In this document: positions 1-12,128 of the stretch, one piece after another
Layout of the letters: the number at the start of each line of letters is the position of its first letter
Numbering within the stretch: the stretch's first letter is position 1
Assembly (NCBI GenBank): GCA_012862495.1
Contig: BLSG01000402.1
Span: 354,408-403,695 of the forward strand
Origin: Thraustochytrium aureum
Taxonomy: Eukaryota
Reading direction: 5' to 3'
DNA: 49,288 bases
The notes under the pieces: generated by a model
Told to the model about the DNA's origin: nothing
Database searches by the model: none
Seen by the model: only the letters and a program-made list of their open reading frames with translations
Translations under genes and position numbers: made by a program

Positions 1-317
1 GAGTACTCTCCTCCCGTGACCTCTCTTGCGCTTGGTAAAGCTCCGCCTCCCCGCTCGCAAGGGCTTCGCGGCCGCCTCACGGCCCGCTATGTGCGCCAGT
101 GGCCAGACAGGTTCGGTTTTTCCGCGAGGAGGGTGTACAGGGGAGAGGACCCCCCGCGAGCTGTGCGGATTTGCCGAGATGAGAATGGAAAGGGGGGATC
201 CTCCCCGAGAGCGATGGGATTTACCCGTGGGGCGGCTTGCTGGGTGACTTTGGGCCCGAGAGCAGCGAGGTTCGCCCGTGAGGAAACCTGCTGGGATGGG
301 CTCCAAGGTCGGGAGCC

Positions 318-563
318 CTAACCTAGGAATTGCGGGATTGCTGCGCGTTGGGCCGACGCTGGACGAGATCGGGCCCGGGTTGGCCGGGTCTGTCCGCTTT
401 CAAGAAAGCGCAAGGCTCCCATGTGGTTGGGTTGCTTGTACCGGCGCGCAACGCCGAAACTCTAACCTAGGAATTGCGGGATTGCTGCGCGTTGGGCCGA
501 CGCTGGACGAGATCGCCCCAGGTTGGCCGGGTCTGTCCGCTTACAAGAAAGCGCAAGGCTCCC
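318..563. repeat. Imperfect tandem duplication of a ~102-bp unit (period ~144 bp)
   Basis: ctaacctaggaattgcgggattgctgcgcgttgggccgacgctggacgagatcg...gttggccgggtctgtccgctt.caagaaagcgcaaggctccc occurs at 318-420 and 462-563. Confidence 0.9.
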
Positions 564-2194
564 GTGTCTACCGGCGCGCTACACCAAAAGACAAAGTTCG
601 ATGAGTCGAGGCAAGCTCGACGCGACGTCGCGCGGCCGCCGCGAACTCAATTTAAAAAATCCACCAGTTGGCGTTGGTTTGGCATTGTTGAGCATCCGCG
701 CAGGGGCTGGCTCTAGCTAGCTAGAGTAGAGCTCTCTACTACTAGGGGAGTCCCCGCCCAGCCTGTTTGCGGATGGCCCAGCTCTTGACGAGTGGGGCCA
801 TTCCGAGTACGACCAAGTTGTCTCGCGGCCTCAGGGCAAAACTCTGGAGCCGCGGCCCGCGTCCCCTTGCGGCGGAGCAGACGAGGAGAGCCCAAAGACG
901 CCCGCTAAGCGAGCCTCAAGAAGCCTCAATCAGGCAGGGCAGGAGCGCCTGGCCGGAGACCGAGTCAATTCGCTAGGTGCTTGCTTGCACCCCCCCGCCT
1001 CCCTTCCGCCTCCCTTTTTCACGAGACACAAGCCAGCCTGCGCTGCGCGCGCGCAAGCGCCCATCGAAAGGCCAACCCACGCTGTCTCCACGCTGGCCAG
1101 GCCGGCANNNNNNNNNNNNNNNNNNNNNNNNNNNNNNNNNNNNNNNNNNNNNNNNNNNNNNNNNNNNNNNNNNNNNNNNNNNNNNNNNNNNNNNNNNNNN
1201 NNNNNNNNNNNNNNNNNNNNNNNNNNNNNNNNNNNNNNNNNNNNNNNNNNNNNNNNNNNNNNNNNNNNNNNNNNNNNNNNNNNNNNNNNNNNNNNNNNNN
1301 NNNNNNNNNNNNNNNNNNNNNNNNNNNNNNNNNNNNNNNNNNNNNNNNNNNNNNNNNNNNNNNNNNNNNNNNNNNNNNNNNNNNNNNNNNNNNNNNNNNN
1401 NNNNNNNNNNNNNNNNNNNNNNNNNNNNNNNNNNNNNNNNNNNNNNNNNNNNNNNNNNNNNNNNNNNNNNNNNNNNNNNNNNNNNNNNNNNNNNNNNNNN
1501 NNNNNNNNNNNNNNNNNNNNNNNNNNNNNNNNNNNNNNNNNNNNNNNNNNNNNNNNNNNNNNNNNNNNNNNNNNNNNNNNNNNNNNNNNNNNNNNNNNNN
1601 NNNNNNNNNNNNNNNNNNNNNNNNNNNNNNNNNNNNNNNNNNNNNNNNNNNNNNNNNNNNNNNNNNNNNNNNNNNNNNNNNNNNNNNNNNNNNNNNNNNN
1701 NNNNNNNNNNNNNNNNNNNNNNNNNNNNNNNNNNNNNNNNNNNNNNNNNNNNNNNNNNNNNNNNNNNNNNNNNNNNNNNNNNNNNNNNNNNNNNNNNNNN
1801 NNNNNNNNNNNNNNNNNNNNNNNNNNNCCTCGCCAGCATGGCGGCGCCCTGCCCGCCCGCCCCGCACCGCACGACCGGCACCGCCCGGTCCCCGGCTGTA
1901 AACCGAGACGCCCGGACCCTGCCTTCCCGGCGCCGCCGCCCACTCGTCGGCCGCGCGCGACGCCTGCGAGGTCGGGATTGTCGCAAATCCTTTGCGACAT
2001 TGCGGTGTCAGATCCACCATGCTGGCCGGGATGGCCGGCCAGCGACCACGTCTCTCGCGGACAACAGACGCAGCAGCAGCAGCGGCAGCGGCAGCAGCGG
2101 CAGCGGCAGCGGGAGCAGACCCCGAACTCGCGGCGGGCGCACCGGGAGCTGCTGCTGCTGTTTGGCGAGGCACCGAGGGCGAGGCGAGGGCGTC

Positions 2195-3795
2195 ATGGCG
2201 TACGAGCTAGCCCGCGTACTTGGCGTCGCAGGCACCCTTGCCGCCGCTGCGGTGGGCGCGCTCGGCAGCGCGCAACGCGCGCGCGCGGCGCCTCAGGTCG
2301 AGCGCGCTGGCAAGGACGATGCCAAGGTCTTTGACGTGGCCGTTGTGGGCGGCGGAGTTGTGGGACTTGCCGTTGCGAGGGAGTGCGCGGTGCGCGGACG
2401 CAGCGTCGTGGTGCTCGAACGCGAGGACGCCTTTGCCGCAGGGGCTTCGTCGGGAAACAGCGGGCTCGGCTGCACTGGCTATGACGCTCCCGTCGGGAGC
2501 CTGGAGCGCAAGCTGCTTCGTCGAAGTATCCGGCTGCACCAGCACCTGTACCGATCGTTTGGGCTTTCGCACGAGCACGTGCGCAAGAGCGGCTCGCTCG
2601 TCGTCGCGTGGACCCCAGAGCAACTGGCCAAGCTCCCAGAGGTCCTTGAGGAGAACCGCGAGGCAGGCGACGCAGAGGCACAGCTGCTGGGCCGCAACGA
2701 GCTTTTCGCGCTTGAGCCAGCACTATCGCGAGAGGCGCTCGGGGCCGTTTTCTGCCCGCACGAAGCCGTCGTCGAGCCGTGGCTCGTACCTATTGGCTAC
2801 GCTGAAAGCGCCCGTCTGCATGGTGCCGAGCTTCGAACGGGTTGCAGGGTTGATGCGGCCTCCTTGGACGAGCACACCGGCCTCTGGCGGGTCTACACCT
2901 CGCCCTCTGCTGAGGCTTCTGTGGGGCGATCTGTTCACGGGCGGCTTCTTGTCGAGCCCACCACGGCCGCCGGTGAGGGCGCGGTAGGGCTCCGGCCGCG
3001 AAGGATGCGGCCGCGCATGTGCTTGCCAAGGCCGTCATCAACTGCGCCGGACTGTATGGAGACGACGTCGAAAAGGCGCGTGGCGGGCCTGACCCTGGTT
3101 TCACCATCACGCCGCGCAAGGGCCAGTTTGTGGTCTTCCAGCCCGCTCCGCCCTCCAGCGACGAGGAAAATTTGCCGCCACAGGTGATCCTCGAGCCGGT
3201 GGCCACGCAGTTTACCAAGGGCGTCATCGCCTGGACAACTGTTTACGGCAATGTAGTAGTTGGCCCTACAGCGGTTGACCAATCGTCGAGAACGGATCGG
3301 TCGACCGATGAGGCGACGGTGCGGACGCTCCTCGACTTTGCGCGCAAGGCGCTTCCCGGCCTCGCCCACGCAACTGTCCTCGGAACGTACTCTGGCTTGC
3401 GCCCCGCAACAGAGCATCGGGACTACCAGATCGCTGCGGACAGCCGCCAGCGGTGGATCACGGTGGCGGGGATCCGCAGCACGGGGCTGACGGCCTCGAG
3501 CGCCATCGGGGAGTATGCCGCAGACCTGCTGGACACGCTACTTGATCCGGCGGCCCCGACGCCGTGGGCAGAGCGCGACGGCGAGGCCCTTCCGGGTGTC
3601 TCGGCGAGTGCGGGTTCTCCCCTTGGACTGCGCCAAGATGTCAAGCACAACGCTCGAGTGCCGCCGCTGCGGGACCTGGCACGGGACTTTCAGGCCCGAA
3701 ACGACGGGACTGTCGAGGTTTATGGCCGCCGCCACCGCGTCACGCACCCCATCGCGTCGTTTGGCCTTGGATCGCTCGGCGCGCCCACTCACTGA
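2195..3795 (+). CDS. FAD-dependent oxidoreductase, DAO family (glycerol-3-phosphate dehydrogenase / L-2-hydroxyglutarate oxidase-like); one frameshift near 2985-2990
   Basis: ATG 2195 (MAYELARVLG); Rossmann motif DVAVVGGGVVGLAVA, ASSGNSG; second frame continues AKAVINCAGLYGD, PRKGQFVV, VVVGPTA, YSGLRPA, GIRSTGLTAS to stop 3795. Frames join by adding one G to the GGG at ~2987-2989. Confidence 0.85.
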
Positions 3796-3867
3796 CCTGA
3801 GTTTCTCTAGAGCTAGCTAGAAGAAAACGAAGCAGTGCCGGTCAAACAGCAGCAGCTTGGCAGCAGT

Positions 3868-4058
3868 GACAGTCAATCGATGTTGCGTCGACCGACTCGG
3901 ACCACGAGCATGCTGGTGGCGGGCAAGCCATGACCAATTTTGGCCCACGAGCACGCTGCAGACAGCGCAAGGGACAGTCAATCGATGTTGCGTCGACCGA
4001 CTTGGACCACGAGCATGCTGGAGACAGCGCAAGTGGCGGGCAGACCATGACCAGTTTC
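3868..4058. repeat. Mosaic direct repeat between convergent genes
   Basis: gacagtcaatcgatgttgcgtcgaccgact(c/t)ggaccacgagcatgctgg at 3868-3916 and 3973-4021; tggcgggca..ccatgacca.ttt at ~3917 and ~4034. Confidence 0.85.
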
Positions 4059-4221
4059 ACGAGAGAATGTTTTCTTTTTTGTCTGTTTTCCGTGGGCTTT
4101 TCCTACTCAACTACAAGCCTGCGCGAGGCGCGCAAGACGAGCGCAGAGAAACACGCGAAAAGGGCCAGCGGGGAGCTCTGGAAGGTGGAACAGAGGACAA
4201 CATAGGCTACGAAGCGGCTCC

Positions 4222-6622
4222 TTAGGCCTCATCCGCGACAAGCGCCTCCCCCTTGATCACATCGTCGTTGGTAGCAGCGATGATGTCCTCCTTGAGCTGC
4301 GGGTTGCGGAACTTGATGTACAGCTCGGTGAGCGGGTCAAAGCGGCCCGTAGGGTGCATCACAGGCACGCCAATGACGAAGATCGAGAGGATAACGCCAA
4401 TGGCGCCAATAAGGACGGCGACACCCGCCGGGTAGGCGCCGAGGCCGCCGGGCAGGTACCCGGTGAGAACAGCCCAGAACACGACGAGCAAGGTGTACGG
4501 CAGCTGCGTGTACACGTGCGCGGTGAGGTCGCACTGAGTGGCGATCGAGCTGAGCNNNNNNNNNNNNNNNNNNNNNNNNNNNNNNNNNNNNNNNNNNNNN
4601 NNNNNNNNNNNNNNNNNNNNNNNNNNNNNNNNNNNNNNNNNNNNNNNNNNNNNNNNNNNNNNNNNNNNNNNNNNNNNNNNNNNNNNNNNNNNNNNNNNNN
4701 NNNNNNNNNNNNNNNNNNNNNNNNNNNNNNNNNNNNNNNNNNNNNNNNNNNNNNNNNGAGAGAATGGAGCCGACGACGGCGTAGAAGATCTGCGTGTCGT
4801 TCTCAGCCTCAGAAACCCTCCAGGCGGTCACAAGCGTCAGCGGGTACATGATGCCCATGGTGCCCCAGCTCGTGCCCGTGCAGAGAGCCATGAAGAGCGA
4901 GAGCAGGAAGGTGATGGTCGGCAGCTCTCCGGCGACGTTGGACTCGAGCACGATCGCAGAGAAGAAGCGGTCAGCGCCAATGTCGGTCATGGCAGCCGCA
5001 ACCGCCCACGCGAGCACGAGAACGACAATGGCGGGGAAAATGACAATGATGCCACGGAGCCAGGCGTCGACAGACTCGAACGGGCGCATGAGCGGGACGC
5101 CCTCCTGCGGCTCGAAGTCCTCGTCAACGCCAACCTTGGGGGCGCTCTTGAAGTACCCCTTGGGGTTGGGGAAGGTGATCCTGCCGTCGGTCTTGAACTG
5201 CAGCGCGTAGAAGATGATGGTCAGCAGCGAGGCGCCCATGGTGCCGTACAGGAGCGCAACGTAGCTGTCAGCGCCCTTGAGGATTTCCTGGATGCTCGGG
5301 TCCTCGACATCGCTGGCGTCAATGCCGCTCTGGAAAAGAACCCAGAGGATGAGAAACACGAGCAGACCGACGGGGAACAACATGTTGCAGATGTGCGGGG
5401 GCGTGTTCTTGAGCGGCTCGTTCGAGCTAGAGAGCATCTTGGCGTGGAGCATGGCGCTGTCACCGCCGTCCGTGCGACGGTACGCGCGCACCTTGCGCTC
5501 GGCAATAAGCATGGGACCAAACTCGCGGCCAGTGGCGATCTGAACAATCTGGAAGACTACCATGAGGATCGGGTAAAGGCGCCAGGGGATCGACTTGACG
5601 TAGACGGCGAAGCCAGTGGGCTCGATGCCGTCGGGCAGAACGCCATTGTTGGCAGCGATAATCCTATCGATCTGGTCTTGGATCTCGCCGGTCTCAAAGC
5701 CGACCCAGCTGCTGATGGGCACGGTCGCGGCGATGGGAGCCGAGGTGGCATCCACGAGAAATGCGAGCTTCTCGCGGGAGACACTGACGAGGTCGGTGAC
5801 CGGGCGGAGCGAGGTGCCCACCACGAGTGCGTTGGTGTAGTCGTCGAAGAAGATGAGAAAGCCGCAGATGAAGGTGATCGCCTGCGCGGCGCGAGACGTG
5901 GTGGCGTACTTGGTCAGCGTCTGCGTGAGGCCCTTCACACCGCCAGAGTGGTCCATCATGCCGACGAGGCCAGAGAGGAAGAGAGTGAAGAGGATCACGA
6001 AGACGTGGCCACTGTCAGACGCAGAGTTGACCAGGTAGGTGTCAAGGGTGGTCTTGAAGGCGCTGCTGACGTTGTTGCCCACTACGAGGAACGCGCCGAA
6101 GAAGATTCCGAGCATGAGCGCGATCTCGACCTTCTGGGTGACCACCGCAATGAAGAGCACCACGAAGAGCGGCATCATCGACCATCCGCGCTGGAAAGTA
6201 GAGACACTGGCCTCCGATGAAGCGGCCACTTCGGAGAAGTCGGCAAGGAAGCTGATCTGCAGCTCGGCGGAAACAGATCCGCTTTCCACGACAACAAACG
6301 AGGGCGAGCTCACCGAGCCCGGGAGGAAGGCAGTCACGTTCGGGATGACATCGTAGGTATCAGCCTTGATCAGGGCGCCGTTCGCAAAGAAGCGCATGTA
6401 GATTTTGCCATCGGCAAGCTCAACGGGCGCTTCGCTTTCTTCCCAGGTCAGAGCGAAGGCGCCGCTGACGAGCTCGCCAACGTGCGCGGTCTTGACGTCG
6501 CCCTCGTCGACCTGGATCGTCGACTTGATACTGACCGCGCCGTACTCGAAGGAGAGCCCGCTGGCCGGGCTCGCCAAGGCGGCGAGGCCGGCGAGGGCCG
6601 AAGCGGCCTTGATCATAAACAT
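4222..6622 (-). CDS. Na+/H+ antiporter NhaC-family (ion transporter superfamily) membrane protein with N-terminal signal peptide; interrupted by assembly gap 4556-4757
   Basis: Start MFMIKAASALAGLAALASPASG; multiple TM helices; family motifs IFFDDYTNALVVG, SREKLAFLVDATSAP, ISSWV, ALCTGTSWGTMGIMYP; post-gap HVYTQLPY...; stop 4222. Confidence 0.85.
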
Positions 6623-9600
6623 CTTGGTTCTGGTTCGGCTGCAGGGGGGTTGGTCCTGGATGGCTTGTTGTGCTGTTCCCTGCCGCTTGGCGTTTGGGGT
6701 CTGCTGCAAGCTCGTCGCGCTTGCACCTCGCCCGCCGCAGTCTGGTTTTGAAGGAGAGGTTAGGTAGATGAGTGGGCCGGTGGGTGCGAGCGTGCGGCCA
6801 GGGAAATGAGAGGAGGTGGCCGGTCGTTCCGCTACGAGCAGCAGGTAGGTAGGGAGGTACTCTACGCTCTGTCGGGCTGAGCCAGAGAAAAGAGGCAAGC
6901 GCGAGCTCGGGCCCACAAAGTGCAAAGAGGGCGGGCGGGCCGAGCCGTGGGGCAATGTTTTTTGTTTTTGTGGTTCGTTGGCTCTTGGTACACTAGCAAG
7001 AACATCACCGACGTCAAGATCATCAAGGATTGCAGATCGTTCGACTGCCAGTGCACGCTGCTGGCGAGTCTCCCTTGCGCGGTTCGAGGAGAAAGTGCGC
7101 CCCTCTACGCAAAGCGCTTGCCACAAATTTCTCCCGCCTGGCCCGCCGTGCACAGTCATCCTCAGGCACACACGCACATTGGCTGCCGCTGTCGCTTTCC
7201 GTTGCTTTCCGCATACAGAGCGATGCAAACAGGAACGCGCAAGTGCGCACGCAACGCTTGTGACGCAGCGAGCAGCCACGCTCTGTTGCTCGCCGCCCAT
7301 CGCCGCGCGTCTCCTTGGCCGAGGTGCTGAAGGAAATCCGACCGCTCGCTCTCAACTCTGGCCGGTCCAGTCGCAGCGAGAATTGGCTTGGAGCCTGATA
7401 CAAAAGTTGACTCGAGCTACTTGAGCTACTTGGCGGCGGCATCCGTCCACCCATCGTCCGAGGCAGGTCGCGAATCGGCGGGGCTCTACCGAAATCGCAG
7501 CGCCTTCGCGTGGGAGAGACCTCACCCACGCGTAGGTAGTAGTGTTTCGTGCTCGCTCGAGGCGTCCTTGTGAGCCGCGCAGGCTGGCCGAAAAAAAAGT
7601 AGAACGACCAGCGCACCACCGCACTCCACCCGAAATTGCTCCGAGGAAAGAGTGGCCTTGACAGATCTGTCAACTGGACTCTGCCAAGCATGAGAAGAAA
7701 CTGCGCGCAGTCGGAAACCGATCAGCTTTGTCCTTGAACCAAGGCCGAAGGAGGGAGGAATCCAACCGTGCTTGCACCCAGCCAGCGCAGGTAGTAGTCA
7801 CGGTAGCGCTTCTCAACCTCGCCCGAGCCAAGGACTCGCGGGCGCGCAGCCTGTCCAGCTCCCCTTGCCTCTGTGCAAGTGGACCTGATGTGAGGCTTCT
7901 CAAGCACACGGCCCTCACTAAAGCAGAGCTCGTTGCGGTCCGGGTTGGTTTTGCAGGGGCTTGTGCAGTCCCTGACATCGTGGAGAGAGCAGTGAATTCC
8001 CGGTGTTTCTTCCCATCACGAGCCCGAACAAGTGCAGCGCAGCGCCAAGGTTTTGCCAACTCGGCACGCGGCCTGCGCCAAGCGAGCTGCGGAGACTGCA
8101 GGCGGCGGCCGAGGCGGCTGCGAGCGAGAGCGCCGAGAAGCGAGCAGTTTGGCCAGAAGTTGGAGCTCCGGCACCGGCCTGGCCGCGCTCGCTCGGCATG
8201 CCCGAGATGCCTTGGATGCCTCGGATGCCTTGGAGCAATGCCGAACGGCTCCAGCGATTTTGTGCCCTCGTTTCCGAGCTCGCGCGACTGCAGCATGATC
8301 ACGCAGTCGGCAAGCGCGGGCCGAGCAGGAAGGTACCACGCTCGCCGACCTCAACGCCCTCCTGCCTTTGCCCTTCTCAAAGTTTCTTTCGAAAGCGAAC
8401 GGGGAGGGCACGGCAGGGCGTGCGAGCCGCAGGGCCGCCCACCATCTATCTCTTCAGCGGCTGCGCGGTCAGGCAAGTACGCGGGTAGGTAAGTGTGTCT
8501 TGGCCCCGCCACGCTTTCCGCCTATGTGTTTTTTGTGCTCTGCCGCGCCACTTTTCCAAGCCCAGGCAAAACCGAGTGAAGCAGGCCACGGTGGTCTCGC
8601 ACGCCGTGAGTGACGCAAAGAGAGGAGTGGGAAGATTGCTTAGGGTGGAGGATTGTCTCACATTTGTCTCACATTTGTCTCACTGCATCGACGACCAACG
8701 CCGCTCGGAGCGCCTCAGGGAGACGCCGGAAGTGGGGACTTGATGACAGGGGCGAGCCGAGCTCGCGAGCTCGCGAGCCGAGCGCGCGAGCAGAGCGCGC
8801 GAGCAGCGCGAGCAGCCAAGGGTGAGAACCGGGGTTGGTCGGAGCCTTATCCATCTGCCGAGAATGGGCAATGGAGTCTTTTTCTTTCTATGGCGAGGAA
8901 AGGGAGCATGTGCTGGTTGGCGCAGCAAGAGCGAGCTCGTTGGCGCCGCAAGAGCGAGCTCGTTGGCGCAGCAAGAGCGAACGTCAGTCCGCTTCAGAGC
9001 TGCCTCGAAGAAATCGCGATTTCCCAGCGCCGCTGCGGCCAGTGCTGGCTGTAGAGGCGGATCATCATCACCATAGGTAGTCATCATGATCAGGCCCGCG
9101 CGGCGCAGGGCATTGCTGTGACCTTCTTCCTTCTACTCGTCGTCTCTGGCGCGACCGCAGCGCAAGTAGCGTACGGGGATTCGGCTGCCGCGCTGCAATC
9201 AAGGAGCATCCTATTGGGTGCTTTTGCGTCCATGAGCTTCATGACGATCAACCCAGGATTTGTGCCCCACTCGGCGAGCAGTACGCGTCGGCCACAGTCG
9301 TGGGAAAAACGCAGGCGCAAACTGCGGCCTACTTCATACCCACGGCTTAGCTTCATTCGCGGGCGGGAGCTCGAAAGCGGGAGGTAAGGTTAGAGTAGGT
9401 ACAAGTCGGATCCTTCCTCCTAGGTAGGTGGTCCTTCAGGATGCTGCAGGACGTAGTGTGAACCGTGCGAATTGCCAACTTGTGCGACAGCTGGAACGCA
9501 TGCGAGCGTCCGCTGCAGAGTTCCTGTGCCGCCGTCACCAAGCCGTCACGGTGTTTGGATCTGTATTTTCTGTGTTTTTGTGCCCTGCTGCAGCCCTCGC

Positions 9601-9713
9601 CTCGCGCACTACAAGCAAGCTACAAGCAAGGAGCTCGCCACTCGCCACCGTGACGCGCACCAGCCACCGCGACATCAAGGCCAACTTTTTCTTGAAAGAA
9701 GGCGGAAGCAGGC

Positions 9714-9755
9714 CAGAGCAGGCGAGAGCAGGCGAGAGCAGGCGAGAGCAGGCGA
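9714..9755. repeat. 10-bp tandem repeat (gcaggcgaga)x~4
   Basis: cagagcaggcgagagcaggcgagagcaggcgagagcaggcga visible directly. Confidence 0.8.
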
Positions 9756-9958
9756 ACGCTGCGATGGCTCTGATGAGTCAGCAGTGCGTCGCATTCGTAC
9801 CGGAATGCCAACCTGGTACGCTCTACACGTGCGATCGAAGATTCGAAATACATTCGAAATACTCTTTTTTTCCTCTAAATTCGAGCGCTCGCAATGCGGC
9901 CGGTATCCAGATGGCGCTCGCTCTGGAGTTGCTCCTCAAGCTGCGCCGTCATCGCAGA

Positions 9959-11538
9959 TCAGTACGAGCGACCCCAGAGGCACCACTCGCGCGCAGGCTC
10001 GCCGCAGCCTGTAAAGCACATGGTGCCCTCGGGCAGTGGCGGCTGCGTAAAGGGGATGCACAGCGTCTTGGCCGCACCAGTGAGCGTCTTGCTCTCCCCC
10101 TTGGAGTTTTCCTCGTTGGCCTCGTCCTCTCCGGCGCCCGACTGCTTCGCCTTGGCCTCCTCACCAAGCCTCTTGGTCTCCTCCTTGACCCACTCTTCTG
10201 ACTCGGTGGTTAGCGACCACGGCGCGAGCACGAGGTTGCCCTTGTCCAGGGCTGCGACAAACTCGTCCCAGGTCCACACCACCGAAAGGCGCGAGTCGCG
10301 CTCGCGGCGCGCCCTGGCGAGCATGTCGGACTGGATCTCGCCCAGCAGCTCCTTGCAGCGCGCAGCGGCCTGCGCGAGCGGAACGGTCTCTTTAGCGCCA
10401 GTGTCGCGGCGCGCGACCACGCACTGGCTTGCGGCAAGGTCCTTGGGCCCCACCTCGATGCGCAGCGGCACGCCGCGCTGCTCCCAGTAGTTAAACTTCC
10501 AGCCGGGGTTCTTGTCCCCGCGAAAGTCCGTCTTGGCGCGCACGCCCGACGCCGTCAGCGCGGCGATCACGGCCGAGATCTCGCTGTTCATGCGAGCGCC
10601 CTCGTCCGAGTCGTTCATGGGAATGTTGATCCCAATCACCTGGACTGGAGCCACTCGCGGCGGCATCACGAGTCCCATGTCATCGCCGTGCACCATGATC
10701 ATCACACCGATGGACCGCGTGGTGAGCCCCCACGAGTTTTGCCAGGCGTACTGGCGCTCGGCCGACTCCTCCTCCGAGCTGAACGTGATGTTGAACATCT
10801 TGGAAAAGTTCTGCCCCAGCGAGTGCGAGGTCGCCGCTTGGATCGCGCGCCCTGCGCCCGGGATGAACGCCTCCACGGTCGTCGTAAAGTCCCCGCCTGG
10901 GAACTTTTCCTTGCTCGACTTGCGCCCCTTGATCACAGGCACGGCCAGCAGCTCCTCGTACACGCGCGCGTACAAGTCCAGGATGTCGAGCACTTCCCGG
11001 TCGGCCTCTTCCTTGGTCGCAAAGGCCGTGTGGCCCTCTTGCCAGAGGAACTCGCGCGTGCGCAGGAACGGCGTGGGGTTTTTGAACTCCCAGCGCACCA
11101 CATTGGTCCACTGGTTGAGGCGCAGGGGCAGGTCGCGGTGGCTCCGAATCCAGTTGCTGAACGCGGGGTACATGATCGTTTCCGAAGTGGGCCGGATCGC
11201 GATGGGCTCCTCCAGGTCCGTGTCGCCCGACCGGGTCACCCAGGCTACTTCGGGCGCAAAGTCCTCGATGTGGTCCTCCTCCTTCTTCAGGTTGCCCTGC
11301 GACACAAACATTGGGAAATAGCAGGGCTCGACGCCCAGCGCCTTGATCTCGCCATCAAAAAGGCCTGGATCTCCTCCCAGATCCTGTACGCGTTGGGGCG
11401 CAGGATGTAGCACCCGGAGATGTTGTAATACTCGATCAGCTCGCTCTTCGTGATCACCTCGGTGTACCACTTTGCAAAGTTGTCTGAGCGCGACACGGTC
11501 AGCCCGAGCCCGGTCTTTTTCACCTTGGCCTTGCCCAT
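9959..11538 (-). CDS. proS: Prolyl-tRNA synthetase, eukaryote/archaea type (cytosolic); frameshift at A5 run 11357-11361; true start may lie further upstream
   Basis: [107 protein letters not shown]-terminal [10 protein letters not shown]...WGRSY. Confidence 0.96.
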
Positions 11539-12128
11539 CTTCCCTGCCGGCTCGCTGCCTTGACCTCGCTGCCCTCTTCCAGCGTCCTGTTCCGCCGCGG
11601 CCTCCGCCGGCTGAAGAGCGCCTGGGCCGCTCCGGGCCTTCCGGGCTCCTCTTCGCCTCGAGCGCGCGCGCGACGCCGAGCTCGCAGTGCGCCCCGCAGG
11701 CCTCTGCTCCGTCGCGGGTGGGTCTGCCGGCCTGCCTCGTCTGCCACCACACGTGCTATCCTCCCAAGGTGTCTCACGAGGCGCGCGAGACTAGATACGA
11801 AAGAAAATGCACTCGAGGCCCGAGCCGGCATGCGGGCCGGCGCGGGTCGCTTTGGACGGGCCGCGGGCCGGGCTGGCCGCCGTGGATGCGGCGGCGGCTG
11901 CGGCGGCCGTGGCCGGCTATTGGTAGTGCCCGCGGCGATGGCGGTTTGTTCGATGGCGATTTGTTGTGTTGCTTTGGTTTTCTTGGGTGTTTTTTGGCCT
12001 CCCGGTGCGAGCCTCGGCTTGGCCTCGCGCGCGGGCGGGCGGCCGAGGCGGCGCTCGGCTGGCAGATAGATGCGCGGTGTGGTGTTTCAATTACCTAACT
12101 ACAAAGTCCGGGGCGGCGCCCGCCGCGC

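Noticed and set aside
930..2334. Long ORFs spanning N gaps here and elsewhere (e.g. 31506-34913, 26776-29478 full length)
   Set aside because: Length is inflated by N runs; the parts on either side of a gap need not be the same gene or frame.
2973..2987. Tiny GT-AG intron explaining the oxidoreductase frameshift
   Set aside because: It is 15 nt, too short, and a multiple of three, so it would not change frame.
11340..11370. Programmed ribosomal frameshift or pseudogenisation of ProRS and PPOX
   Set aside because: Shifts of both signs occur at short homopolymers in many unrelated genes with no other decay; sequencing error is more parsimonious.
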